This document shows, piece after piece, positions 23,209 through 34,829 of a stretch of DNA of 64,000 nt. Made by a program: the position numbers and the translations under genes. Within the stretch, counting starts at the first letter, position 1. Each line of letters begins with the position of its first letter. This stretch comes from Pristiophorus japonicus. Its lineage: Eukaryota. Location of the stretch: contig NC_091979.1 in NCBI RefSeq assembly GCF_044704955.1, positions 318,432,001 through 318,496,000 on the forward strand. The letters run 5' to 3'. Below the pieces are notes generated by a model that saw nothing but the letters and a program-made list of their open reading frames with translations, ran no database searches and was not told the origin of the DNA.

Positions 23209-24294
23209 CCACTGTGAGCAAATTATCCCAGCTCTGTGCATTTCAACTGCTTCGTTGTATACTATTGAGTATGCTATTTTATTCCTGGAAGAAAACTCCT
23301 CATTCAATCGTCTGAATGTAAATTTAAATACAGAAGGAATTCCAATGATCGATACCTCATAATGCGAATCGAATGGAAAATGCGGCAAATTCCTTCTTCA
23401 GCTTTCCCTCCAATGGTGAGTTGATTGAGATCAGTACTCGGTGTGTTATAATTTCCAGCTATTTGTTTTCTCAATGTGAAACTATTTACTGAAACTGTTA
23501 AATATAACGAACCACCACGGCTTTTCTCTCTGCCTTCTGACCATATCACTCATCAACTCCTCTGGAATCCACTTATACAACATGCTTCAGTGACATCTCC
23601 ATGGTAAATTGATCTCAGTGTCGGTAACGCCGAGAACTGGAGAGTCTAGTCAGACTGCTGAGCCACTGGAACTGTGCTGGAGCAGCACGTCCTGCCCAGC
23701 AGTCTGCCCTCGCACTGACACCATCCCCAATCCCAGGGTCAGGGCCATGAGTGTAAAGGGGGTGGTCACTTCCAGGACATTCCCCCATCCTAAGGCCACA
23801 GAGCTGAGTTCCTGATCCTTTGCAGCCCGCTCAGTGCAGCTGTATTCATACATTGTAAATGTACAAAGGCATCTTCACACAGTAAGAAGGGCGGGGAACA
23901 TGAGCCTGAAGCCCTCGAGGGGGACACTTCTGGCCCTGACTGGTGAGGCCGAGGTGGGAGCAGGGCCTGTTTAAACAAGGAATCAGAGTGTCTTTCATTA
24001 TTGAAAGAAAACAGACCAATTAGTCCCCTCCCGCGGGTTACATGTTCCCACAGACCAATCAGATCACTAGAGCAGTATTAATGATATGGGTCACATGATC
24101 CCATCAACCAAAGTATTGGCAGAAGAACAACAGAGTTGTGGGTCATTTGATTCCTAAGGACCAATCAGATCTCGAGGAATCAATCCCAATTGAAAGGGAC
24201 CAGATGATCAACAGTAACAATAGATAAATATTGGAATGCAGTCGTGAAGCTTGTATTGTGCTATCTGGTTGTATCTGAACCGATAGGTTCAATA

Positions 24295-25205
24295 AATAAA
24301 AACAGAAAATGCTGGAAATACTCAGCAGATCGTGCAACATCTGTGGAGAGAGAAATGTTGCAGGCCGGTGACCTTTCATCAGAACTGGAAAATGTTCGAG
24401 ATGTAATGGTTTTTCAGGAAGTACAGAGGCAGGAAAAGGAGGGGTGAGGGCCAGAAGGAACAAAAGGGAAGGTCTGTGATAGGTGGAAGGCAGGAGTGAT
24501 CAAATGGCAAAAGGGATGATGGTGCAAGGCAAAAGGGGGTGGTAATGGAACAAGTAAAGAAACAAAAGATGGTTCTAGAGGAGCTGTAAATGGCAACAGC
24601 AGAGCCATGACCTGTTTGAAAAAGTGGGAGCAGTGAAATTGATCAACTCAATGTTGAGACCGGAAGGCTCTGAAGATGGTAATCCAAAGATGAGGTGTTG
24701 TTCCCCGAGTTTCTGTTGGGCTTCATTGGAACAATGTAGGAGGCCGAGGACAGAGAGGTCAGAGTGGGAGTGGGAGGGAGATTTATAACTAATTGTGACC
24801 GGAAGCTCAGGGTCACGCTTGTGGACTGAACAGAAGGGTTCGTCGGAGGGTTCATCCAATCTGCGTTTGGTGTCCCCAGTGTAGATCAGAGCGCATCGTA
24901 AGCAACAAATACAGTTTGTGAAATTGAAAGAAGGAGAAGTAAATCGCTGATTGGCCTGGAATGAGTGCTTGCGGCCCTGAACGGTGGGAAGGGAGGACAT
25001 GAAAGGGCTGGTCTTACATCTCCTGCGTTTGCACAGGACGTGCTGTGGGAAGGGGAGCAGTGCTGGGGGTGATTGAGGAGGGAACGGTCACTTCGGAATG
25101 CTGAAAGGGGAGGGGAAGATGTGTTTGGTGGTGGAATCACGCTGGAGGGGGCAGGAATGGTGCAGGATGATCCGATGAATGAATAGGCTGGTGAGGTGCA
25201 TGGTA
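24295..25205 (-). mobile_element. Penelope-like element fragment (GIY-YIG endonuclease and 3' region)
   Basis: Degenerate GIY-YIG: NCICCLRCALIYTGDTKRRL...HSHSDLSVLGL...EQHLIF...PSGLNIE. Confidence 0.8.
24350..24390 (-). ncRNA. Degenerate minimal hammerhead ribozyme motif of the Penelope element
   Basis: Minus strand CTGATGA-AAGG-TCACCGG-CCT-GCAAC. The core GAAAC has become GCAAC, so it is probably inactive. Confidence 0.55.
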
Positions 25206-25213
25206 AAGACAAA

Positions 25214-26689
25214 TTAGGCGTCCAGAGCGAGGTGGGGGGGGGAGGGGGAAGGGAAGGGAAGTCATTAAATTCTATAATAAATCCTTATTTATACTTATAC
25301 AAATATTATACAAATAAATCCAACCTGAATAAACATTTATAAGCAAAGAAAAGATTAAATAAACCATCTTCCTACCTGTGTGAAAGTGCTTCAGGCAGGC
25401 CTTTCGGGACCGAAGGCTGAACGGGCCGGCCCGAGACTTCAGGCAGGGCCCGTCCCCAGTACCAGATTTACAGGTAGGTGGCGTTGGGTCGGGTCGGGGA
25501 GGTTCGGTTTGGTTCGGGTCGGGGGGGGAGGGAGGGAGGGAGAGAGAGCGGGGGGGGAAGAGAGGGAGAGAGGGGGGGGGAGGGAGGGAGAGAGAGGGGG
25601 GGGAGGGAGGGAGAGAGACCGNNNNNNNNNNNNNNNNNNNNNNNNNNNNNNNNNNNNNNNNNNNNNNNNNNNNNNNNNNNNNNNNNNNNNNNNNNNNNNN
25701 NNNNNNNNNNNNNNNNNNNNNNNNNNNNNNNNNNNNNNNNNNNNNNNNNNNNNNNNNNNNNNNNNNNNNNNNNNNNNNNNNNNNNNNNNNNNNNNNNNNN
25801 NNNNNNAGAGGACAGGTCGGGGAGGGGGAGGTCAGGTCGGATCCAGTCTGGGGGCGGAGGGGGAGCGGGAGTCGAGTCGGGTCGGGTCCAGTCCGGGGGG
25901 GAGGGGGGGAGCGGGAGCAGGAGCGCGGGTCGGGTCCAGTCGGGGGGGGGGCGGAGCGGGAGCGGGAGTCGGGTCGGGTTGGGGGGGGGGTGGGAGTCGA
26001 GTCGGGGGGGAGACCAGTCGGAGGGTGGGGGGGGTCAGGTTGGGGGGCGGGAGTCAGGTCGGGTCGGGTCCAGTCGGGGGGGTGCGGAGTTGGAGCGGGA
26101 GTCGGGTTGGGTCGGGGGGGTGCCTGGAGTCGAGTCGGGGGGGTGTCCAGTCGGAGGTTGGGGGGGGTCAGGTTGGGGGGCGGGAGTCGGGTCGGGTCGG
26201 GTCCAGTCGGGGGGGGGGGGGAGCAGGAGCGCGGGTCGGATCGGGTCGGGTCCGGTCCGGGGGCGGGGGGGAAGTGGGAGCGGGAGCGGGAATCGGGTCA
26301 GGTCCAGTCCGGGGAGGGTGGGGGGAGAGCGGGTGCCGGGTCTGGTCGCGGGGCGGGGGGGAGAAGCAGGAGCTGGCCGGGGGAGGAGCCTTATTCACGC
26401 AGACCCAGTGAGGCCATTCGGCCAGGGCTAGGGGCTGCGTGCTACTGGTGCCTGGAGCTACTGCACTTGCGTGCCCACTGTAGCGCGCATGTGCAGAGGT
26501 CCCGACACTGTTTTCAGTGCCGGGACCTGGCTCCGCCCCCTACAGCTCGTGCTGCGCTGCGCCGAGGGCCAGAGGACCTGCAGGGAGGTGGAGAATACCG
26601 AGGATTTTTTTAGGCGCACTTTGTGGCGCGAAAAACGGGCGTCCAGGTCGGGACTGCGCCGTTCTAGGCGCGTGTGGAAACTTGGGCCC
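25214..26689. mobile_element. Probable non-autonomous DNA transposon remnant with G-rich low-complexity interior
   Basis: CpG-rich terminus ...GCGCGTGTGGAAACTTGGGCC at ~26689; partner terminus not found. The interior is GGGTC/GGGAG degenerate repeats. Confidence 0.45.
25622..25806. other. Assembly gap (185 N)
   Basis: Run of N. True contiguity across the gap cannot be verified. Confidence 1.
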
Positions 26690-26839
26690 AACGTTTCTTC
26701 TAAATAGGATGAATTATTCCCCTTGAATCTTCCTCTCATAAAAGCTTTGCACTGAGAGATTAAACCAGTTTCAAATGAAAAGGTTCAGGTGGTCTCCTTT
26801 GGCTTCGAGCCAAAAAAACAAGAATCTGGAAATGAGTCT

Positions 26840-27955
26840 TGTTATGTTCAGAATAACTCCACAAGACTGTATTGTAAGCTCAAACTGTTGTGACCTTGGT
26901 CTCTTTATTGAGACTCCAGAGTGAGGAGACAGCATGGTGAATCACCTTTTATACCTACTTGCCCAGGGTGCACAGGTGACCCTTAGGTCTCCCACAGGTG
27001 TGCCCCCTAGTGGCAAGTCTTGCATATTGGTGAGATTTACATACATACATAACATCACTCCCCCCCAAAGTCTTATGTACAAGTTATTTGCAAGTTGAGG
27101 CGATCTGGTGCCCTCCGTCCCCGGGTCGCTCGCCTGAGTTGAAGTCCTGGCACGGGTGAGTTGGTCTGATCGTTGCTGCACGGCCACGCGGCTGGTCTGA
27201 TCAGACTGATGGGCATGGTGGGTTCATCCTCGTGGTTGACGGCGAGGTCACTTGTGGTTAGTGTGTTGCTGGGGGCCAGGTCCTTTCACAGTGGTTCCTG
27301 TTTATCTGTAGTTCGCAGTTGGGTCTGGTCCAAATGCTCTGTGCGTTTGCCCAGTACATGGTTTCACAACAAACGTTCCATTTTTATCACAAACACTCCA
27401 TTCCCCTCTTTGGCTAATACAGTGCTAGCAGCCCATCTGGGGCCTTGAACATGGTCTACATCATTTATTCTGATGTCGCGTGGAGGAGCCATGCGATCGA
27501 GGTGCATTCTCTGCTGATAGCATAAGGAAAGCACGGTTCTGAGTGATTCTGTCTGGTAACTGCGTAGCACCCGAGATATCTGGGTCTGTGGAGAGTCTAC
27601 CGTGACATGTGTGGTGCTTGGCTTTATGATCTGGGCTGCCCGCTCCGGACTATTGTCTCTGACCCTAAGGTCTGGCAAGCCAAGGATGGCCGATATGGAC
27701 TTGAGACTTTCAGTGGTCGTGGGAGGGTCCCCATCGATCCTGGGCCATGGTATGGAGGCCCGGACCACCAACTGTGTATAGCCTCCCTCCCTTTCTTTGC
27801 AACGTAGCAGGGTTGCCCCATAGGAGCCAATCTGATGGGATGAGCAACCTGTGTTTGCGACGGATAAGCTGCAACATCCCGTCTAGCGGTTTGCCGTTAG
27901 CAGGCAGTAACGTGGGATCCTGGCTGGTCCAGGTCGTAAACTGGGGAGCCGTTAC
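26840..27955 (-). mobile_element. Gypsy LTR retrotransposon remnant: 3' LTR (26840-27054), PPT and decayed pol
   Basis: TGTTATG...CATAACA termini, adjacent TCACTCCCCCCC (minus-strand PPT), and integrase C-terminal-like GPRWAASTV. Confidence 0.75.
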
Positions 27956-30900
27956 TGTGGTGTATGCAGGCACCTTTGGTAATGACTCGATGAGGCAGGG
28001 TATGGTACTTAAACTGTGTACACTGCAGTCCTTTATTTGCAGCTCCTCGAGTGAGGACACCAAGCTGTGAGCTCCCTTTTAGACTGGGTTACCCGCAGTG
28101 TGTAGGTAACCCTTAGGTCTCCAGCAGCAGCACCCTCTGGTGTACAGTAAGGTGTGTACAGTGTAAGGTACATTCAGTGATACAAACATCATATAACAAT
28201 ACAAGCAAGCATACATAACAACACTCCCCCCTAAGCATTTTTCAAGTCCTTATTGTAATGACCTGGGGAAGTGATCGGTAGTGGGCTATGGGAGGTTGTG
28301 GTGAGGGTTGTGTGGGTGCTAGGTGTAGTGAGGGTTGTGTGGGTGCTAGGTGTAGTGAGGGTTGTGTGGGTGCCAGGTGTGATCCCTGTTCTTAAGGCTG
28401 GCCTCATATATTTCCCCCCCATCCCTCACACAGACCATGTGGGTGTCACTGTTGTGGGATCCCTCAGTGGGGTAGTCATTGCAGCAGTGGGTAGGGTGCA
28501 TATTCTGAGATGTGGGTAGTTGTGTGGTGGTGGGCAGGACCACAGGACTGTGTGGGCTCCTTGTCCTCCAATTGGGATGAGAGTCTGGTCATCCCAGGGT
28601 TTGCCAGGAAAGCTGGAGGGTATTGGCCTCTCGCTCCTGGTGTTGGCCCTCGTGGCCAGGGGGTGTAGGGCTGGTCTGGGGCAGGTTGCCAGTGGTGGTG
28701 GCTGTGTTGCCCATTGACCACTGTCCCTGTAGTGGGTCTGCTTCCACTGGGTGTGCTGGTTGTGTGTGTGTCCTTCCTGGGGCATCACACTCATTCCAAA
28801 GATCCAGGCTACATGGTCTGGTAGCCAACTGGACCTGGGGGTCTCCCATGGGGGGATTCCTCTAGCATTTGCATGGTCCCTGCAGAACACTGTGTGCTTT
28901 AACAGTGTCCTACCTGTATACATGACACCCTAGCTCTGATCATACATAGTTGAGTCTATATTATTGACTGCCTTTACATTGTTAATAAGAGCATTTGCAT
29001 CACTTTTTGGTATCATGGTCTCACCAGACATGGTTACATTAGGTATTTCAAACTCCCTGCCATAATCATCACACATAACAAGCTTGTTCCTAAACTTACT
29101 TACACAAGCATTCATTTTATTTTTCACATTAGTTACACCAGCATCACAATTCATGGTTACATTATCATACGTCCACCCTTTTACTACATTTTTAGTTTTA
29201 AAGTCCCTGTCATCTTTAAGTTGAAACTGCCCCTTTAAATTTTTTTGGTTACCGGTCTCCTTTAAGGGAGCCTTCAAATCCGATTGGCCGCTCGATGTCA
29301 CGTGTCGCTCCTCCAATGCTGCCCCTCATGATCTGGTCCCGGCCATTTTGATTTTAGGTTTTTCTCCTCGTGGTGCGGCAGCTATCTTCTGGCTCTCCTC
29401 CAGGTCGGCTGTGGTGATCTTTTCTTCCTCAGGTTTGGCCATGGACGTCGGGAATCCACTTCTTTCGATGATGTTCACCTCTTGGAGTCCTGCCCTGGCC
29501 TGGAAGATGAAGGTTGGATTTTCGGTTCCTGAGATCTTGTCACGGTGTTGTGGAGTCGTCACCCCGCAGTCGACTGGTCGCTGGGATCTCTCGATGCAGC
29601 GATGGATCCATGTTCGGGGCTGCGTGGGATGTCGATTGCTGGAGCCTGGAGGCCGTCGCCACTTCGCCTGATTTGGACCGGGTTCATCCAATTCCTTCCC
29701 AGCAGTGTGGGACCATCTCCAGCAACGATCCACAAGGAGAGTTTGTTCAACACGTCGCCCTGAGAGACCTGGACGTTCACGCTGCCAACGATTTGGATTT
29801 TACCTTTGGTGTAGGTGAGCAGCTGTGCCTGGACAGGAGACAGTTTTGGTCGAGCGGTGGGATTCATCCAAATTTTTTCAAAGGTCGTTTGGCTCATCAC
29901 AGACTGGCTCGGCCCTGTGTCGATCTCCATGGAAACTGGGACCCCACCGATGTAGATTTCCATCGTCCACAGAGAACTTTCAGTGGAGCAGGTATTATCT
30001 CCATTCTTTTGTTCCACGGGTTGAGCAGCTTCATCTTCATCTGTGTCGGAGCCCCGGTGATCAGCCTCCTCTTCAGTGACGCGGTGAGTAAAGCTTTTTC
30101 TACACATCCTTTGAAGGTGCCCTTTCTCTTTGCAGCTTTTGCATGTCTAGTCTTTGTAGCGGCTGGTGGGCCCTGTGGTTTCCTCCACAGCGCCAGCACA
30201 GGGCTATCCGGTTTGCCCCATGTGGCGGACCAGGGTTGCGGAACTCGGGGCAGCATTTCTGTCTTTAGAAGTGTCCATGCGGTGCACTGCGCTCGGCGGT
30301 TTAGAGTCCAGGGTCAATATTCGCCTGGAGTCGCCGGCCGAAACCATGTAGGCCTGGCTCACTTGGATTGCTTTCTGCAGGGTGACTGTGATGTCAGCAG
30401 AGAGCAATTTGTGTAGGAGGCCCTTGTGGCCAATTCCGATGACAAACATGTCCCTTTGTGCTTCATTCAGGTGGTCTCCAAAATCACACGGTGCAGCTAG
30501 TCTTCTTAAATGTGCAGCATACTTAGTAATTTCCTGGCCTTCGGATCGCCGGTAAGTGAAGAACCGGTGCCTGGCTGTGAGGATGCTTTCTTTTGGTTTT
30601 ACTTGCTCCTGTATTAGTGTTACAAGTTCCTCATAGCTGTTGGTGGTTGTCTTCACAGGGGCTAGCAAGTCCCTGACGAGACAATGGATGGTGGGCCCAC
30701 AACTGCTAAGCAGGATGGCCCTGCGCTTTCAGTCGTGTAGCCGGTGTGTCCCCATCCTGGTCGTTGGCTATGAAGAAATGTTCCAATCTTTCTACAAAAG
30801 TATCCCAATCTTCCCCATCGGTAAATTGCTGAAAGTTGCTGAGATTCGACATGCTGAGCATGTAGTTCATGACCTCATCGCCAATTGCAGTGTATGCAGG

Positions 30901-31149
30901 CACCTTTGGTAATGACTCCACGAGGCAGTGTATGGTACTTAAACTGTGTACACTGTCGTCCTTTATTTGCAGCTCCTGAGTTGGGACACCAAGCTGTGAG
31001 CTCCCTTTTAGACTGGGTTACCTGCAGTGTGTAGGTAACCCTTAGGTCTCCAGCAGCAGCACCCTCTGGTGTACAGTAAGATGTGTACAGTGTAAGGTAC
31101 ATTCAGTGTTACAAACACCATAAAACAATACAAGCAAGCATACATAACA
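27956..31149 (-). mobile_element. Gypsy LTR element with two LTRs (27956-28220, 30886-31149); only gag and protease are recognisable
   Basis: LTRs differ at ~15 of 265 positions. PBS TGGCGATGAGG (30873-30883, tRNA-Ser-like) and PPT next to 28221. gag SYEELVTLIQEQVKPK..ARHRFF..DMFVIGI and protease MEIDTG. Confidence 0.88.
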
Positions 31150-31669
31150 CAATCAAACCTGTGAGGGCAGCATGAGTGCAGGAAGGTGGAGGTGAGCTGT
31201 CGGATTGGAGTAGGGAATTGGGAGGGCCGAGTACCCGAGAGGGGAGAAATGATAGGAGACACGTCGACAGAAGTGAGGGATCAAGGAGGGGGAAACAAAA
31301 ATAAATAAAGTGTCAGTGAAAAGCACAAGTAGAAGTGATGGGCTCGGGTCCGGAGAGGCAGACAAAATGCTCACGAGAATGGACGCAGGGAAACTCAAGT
31401 TCCATCGGCCTGGTTACATAGCAATTACCCCACTCCATTTTAACTGCCTGCCTGTCGGTTTTCGCCAGGTAGGGGGGGAGTTAAAATCGGGACCTCAAAG
31501 TCAGTTACAAAGGGGGAACGGAGCCAACAACTGATTTGTTGTGTATGTTATTCTATTATCCAGATTATTTGTTTCCTGATTGTGAAATTAGAAACTTAAC
31601 CTGTTCAACAAAACTAACCATAACTGTTTTGCAATCTGCCTTCTCACCAAATGAGAATTTAAAAATTGC

Positions 31670-34050
31670 CAGGCTGGGAGCCAATGTATATCAGTGAGCA
31701 AAGGGGTGATGGGTGAATGGGACGGTGTGAGTTAGGATACGGGCAGCAGAATTTTGTAAGAATTCAAGTTCATGGAGAATGGCAGATGGGAGGCCGGCCG
31801 GGAGAGCATTGGAATAGTCAAGGCCAGAGGTAACAAAGGCATGGATGAGGGTTCCAGCAGCAGCTGAGCTGAGGCAGGAGTGCAGTTGTGTGACGTTACT
31901 GAGGTGGAAGTTAGCAGACTTGCTGATGGAGCTGACATGTGGTCGGAAGCTCATCTCGGTGTCAAATGTGACACCAAGGTTGCGAGTGGACTGGTTCAGC
32001 CTCAGACAGTTGCCAGGGAGAGGGATGGAGTCAGTGGCTTGGGAACAGAGTTTGTGGTGAAGATTCCCAATATTTAGTTGGAAGAAATTTCTGCTCATCC
32101 AGTACTGAGTTTTGGATAACCAGTGTGACCAATTAGAAACTGTGAATTGGTCGGGAGAGGTGGTAGTGAGGTAGAGCTGGGTGTTGTCAGCACAGATATG
32201 GAACCTGATGCTGTGTTGTGGGATGATTTCACCGAGGGGCAGCATGATGTAGAGTAAAGGAGGGGGCCAGGGCTAGATCCTTGGGGAGTCCAGAGGTAAT
32301 GCTGTGGTAGTGGGAAGAGAATCCATTGCAGATGATTGTCTGACTATGATTGGATAGAGAAGAATGGAACCAGGAGAGTGCAGACCCACCCAGCTGGAGG
32401 AGGGAGGAGAGGTGTTGCAAGTGATGTTGTGGTCAACCGTGTCAAAGGCTGTAGACAGGTTGAGAACAATGAAGCGGGTTAGTTTAACACAGTCACAGAC
32501 ACATAGGATGTCATTTGTGACTTTGATAAGGTTCGAATCAGTACTGGAGGAAAACTGATTGTAGGGTTTCAAACATGGATCTGCGGGAATGATCAGCATT
32601 GATTTGGGAGGCGATGGCACATTCAAGGACATTGGAGAGGAAAGGATTTTGGAGATGGGTCAGTGGGTTGCAGGGACAGAGGTGTTAGGAATAATTTTTT
32701 TTGAGGAGAAGGATGATGAAAGCAGATGTGAAGGGCTGGGGGACAGTACTTGAGGAGATTTAACAATATCTGCTGTTATGGGGGCCAGGAAGGGAAGTTG
32801 GGCGGTTATCAATTTGGTAACAATGGGGTTCGAGTGAGCAGGAGGTGGGTCGAATAGACAAGGGGAGCTTGGAGTGGGCATGAGGTGAGATTGGGGAGAA
32901 ATGGAGAAATATGCAAGTTCAGGGCTAGAGCAGAGGGAAACCATAGGTGAAGTTTGACCTGGTGGGCTCGGTGAAAAGACGGAAGCAGGTGATGCGGCTG
33001 AACGGATGGTCTCAATGTTTGTGACCAAAAAATCTATGACCTCCTCACACTTGTTTTTGGAGATGAGGGTGGAAGAGGCAGGAAGAGGGATTTGGGAAGA
33101 CTGTGTGTCAATAGAATAGAAGCCAGGGGCTTTCAATGCCTTCCAGAAAGATCGTGGAAAGGTGAGCATTTTTGGCAGAGGAGCGCAGGGCCCGATAATA
33201 CTTTATATGCTGCAGTCAGAGCTGGCAATGAATAGCGAAACCATTTGTTTACCATAAAAATTCATGTCTGCATCCCTTGGGCTTGAGGGAGCAGTGATGA
33301 GGGCCGTACCAGGGAGAAGAACCAGAGTGAAAGAGATTAATGGTTTAAATGGGGACAAGAGCATCAGAGGTGGAGGTGAGGGAGTGATTGAGCAGATCAG
33401 TAAATGAAGAAATGTTGTGATCAATGGAGGGACAAATGCGAGGCAGTTGAGAATTTGAAAGTGCAGTGTTAAGTGACTTGGGGAGAGTTTTTTTTACAGT
33501 GGCAGACACAGAACGAAGTGAAGTTGTGAGGGGAAAGGGGGATGTGTGTTGTGAGCAATACTAGGAAGTGATCAGAGATGGCCTTATCTGTGATTGACAC
33601 GGGGGGAACAGCGAGGCCAAGTGAGGAGGCAAGGTCGAGGGGATGGCCATGAATATGGGTAGGGGAGTTTATATGAAGGGAAAGATTAAGTGAGGGTATG
33701 AGGGTAATGAACTCAGAGGTGAGAGAGAATGTTGATTTAAGATGGAGGTTGAAATCACCGAAGATGAGAAGTCAGTTGGTGCAGAGACTAAGGGAGGAAA
33801 GCAGTGAAGATATCTCGGTGGAAATTTGGCTCTGTATTTGGCTGGGCATTAGAGAATGAGGATTTTAAATTTGAGAGAGGTAGAACAAAGTGGGATGGTC
33901 AAAGGGAGAGAAGATGCCAGAGAAGTACAGAGAACTACCTCGGTGTGATTTGGTGATAAATATCACACCGCCACAGCGGTCGTTTGGGTGAGGCCAGTGG
34001 TGAAAGGTATAGCCTGGTGGGAAAGATTCATTTGGGGGAAGGCACCTTCA
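31670..34050 (-). mobile_element. Old L2-clade LINE ORF2 remnant (copy 1)
   Basis: LSTAFDTVDH, CADNTQLYL, RNLGVTFD, LIHAFVTSGLDYSNA and QNSAARIL are L2-type RT motifs. Confidence 0.8.
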
Positions 34051-34829
34051 ACCATCAGCCAGGTTTCTGTCAAGACCCTGATGTCGCAGCAATCATCCAC
34101 AGGGTTAGCTTTGGGAGGGGTGAGTGGGACGGGATGGAGATTGGAAAGGTTAATGCCCAGCTCTCACACTGAGTAGTAAGCTCAGCGAAGAATAGGATGA
34201 GGCAGTTTGAGTTGTTGCTCATAAGGAGAGAATGCTGAGTGTCTTGTTAGGCTCTCCGGAGAGTGCCAAGCGAGGCACAGGGGGCAGCTGTAAGCTTATC
34301 TAAGATGCAGTCAAACCTGTGAGGGCAGCATGAGTGCAGGAAGGTGGAGGTGAGCTGTCAGATTGGAGTAGGGAATTGGGAGGGCCGAGTACCCGAGAGG
34401 GGAGAAATGATAGGGGACACGTCGACAGAAGTGAGGGATCAATGAGGGGTAAAGAGAAATAAAATAAAGTGTCAGTGAAAAGCACAAGTAGAAGTGATAG
34501 GTTCGGGTCCGGAGCAGCAGACAAAATGCTCACGAGAATGGACACAGGGAAACTCAAGTTCCATCGGCCTGGTTACATAGCAATTACCCCACTCCATTTT
34601 AACTGCCTGCCTGTCGGTTTTCGCCAGGTAGGGGGGGAGTTAAAATCGGGACCACAAAGTCAGTTACAAAGGGGGAACGGAGCCAACAACTGATTTGTTG
34701 TGTATGTTATTCTATTATCCAGATTATTTGTTTCCTGATTGTGAAATTAGAAACTTAACCTGTTCAACAAAACTAACCTTAACTGTTTTGCAATCTGCCT
34801 TCTCACCAAATGAGAATTTAAAAATTGCC

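Noticed and set aside
25380-26613. Gly-rich ORFs
   Set aside because: Low-complexity G-rich DNA; two of the three ORFs also read through the N gap.
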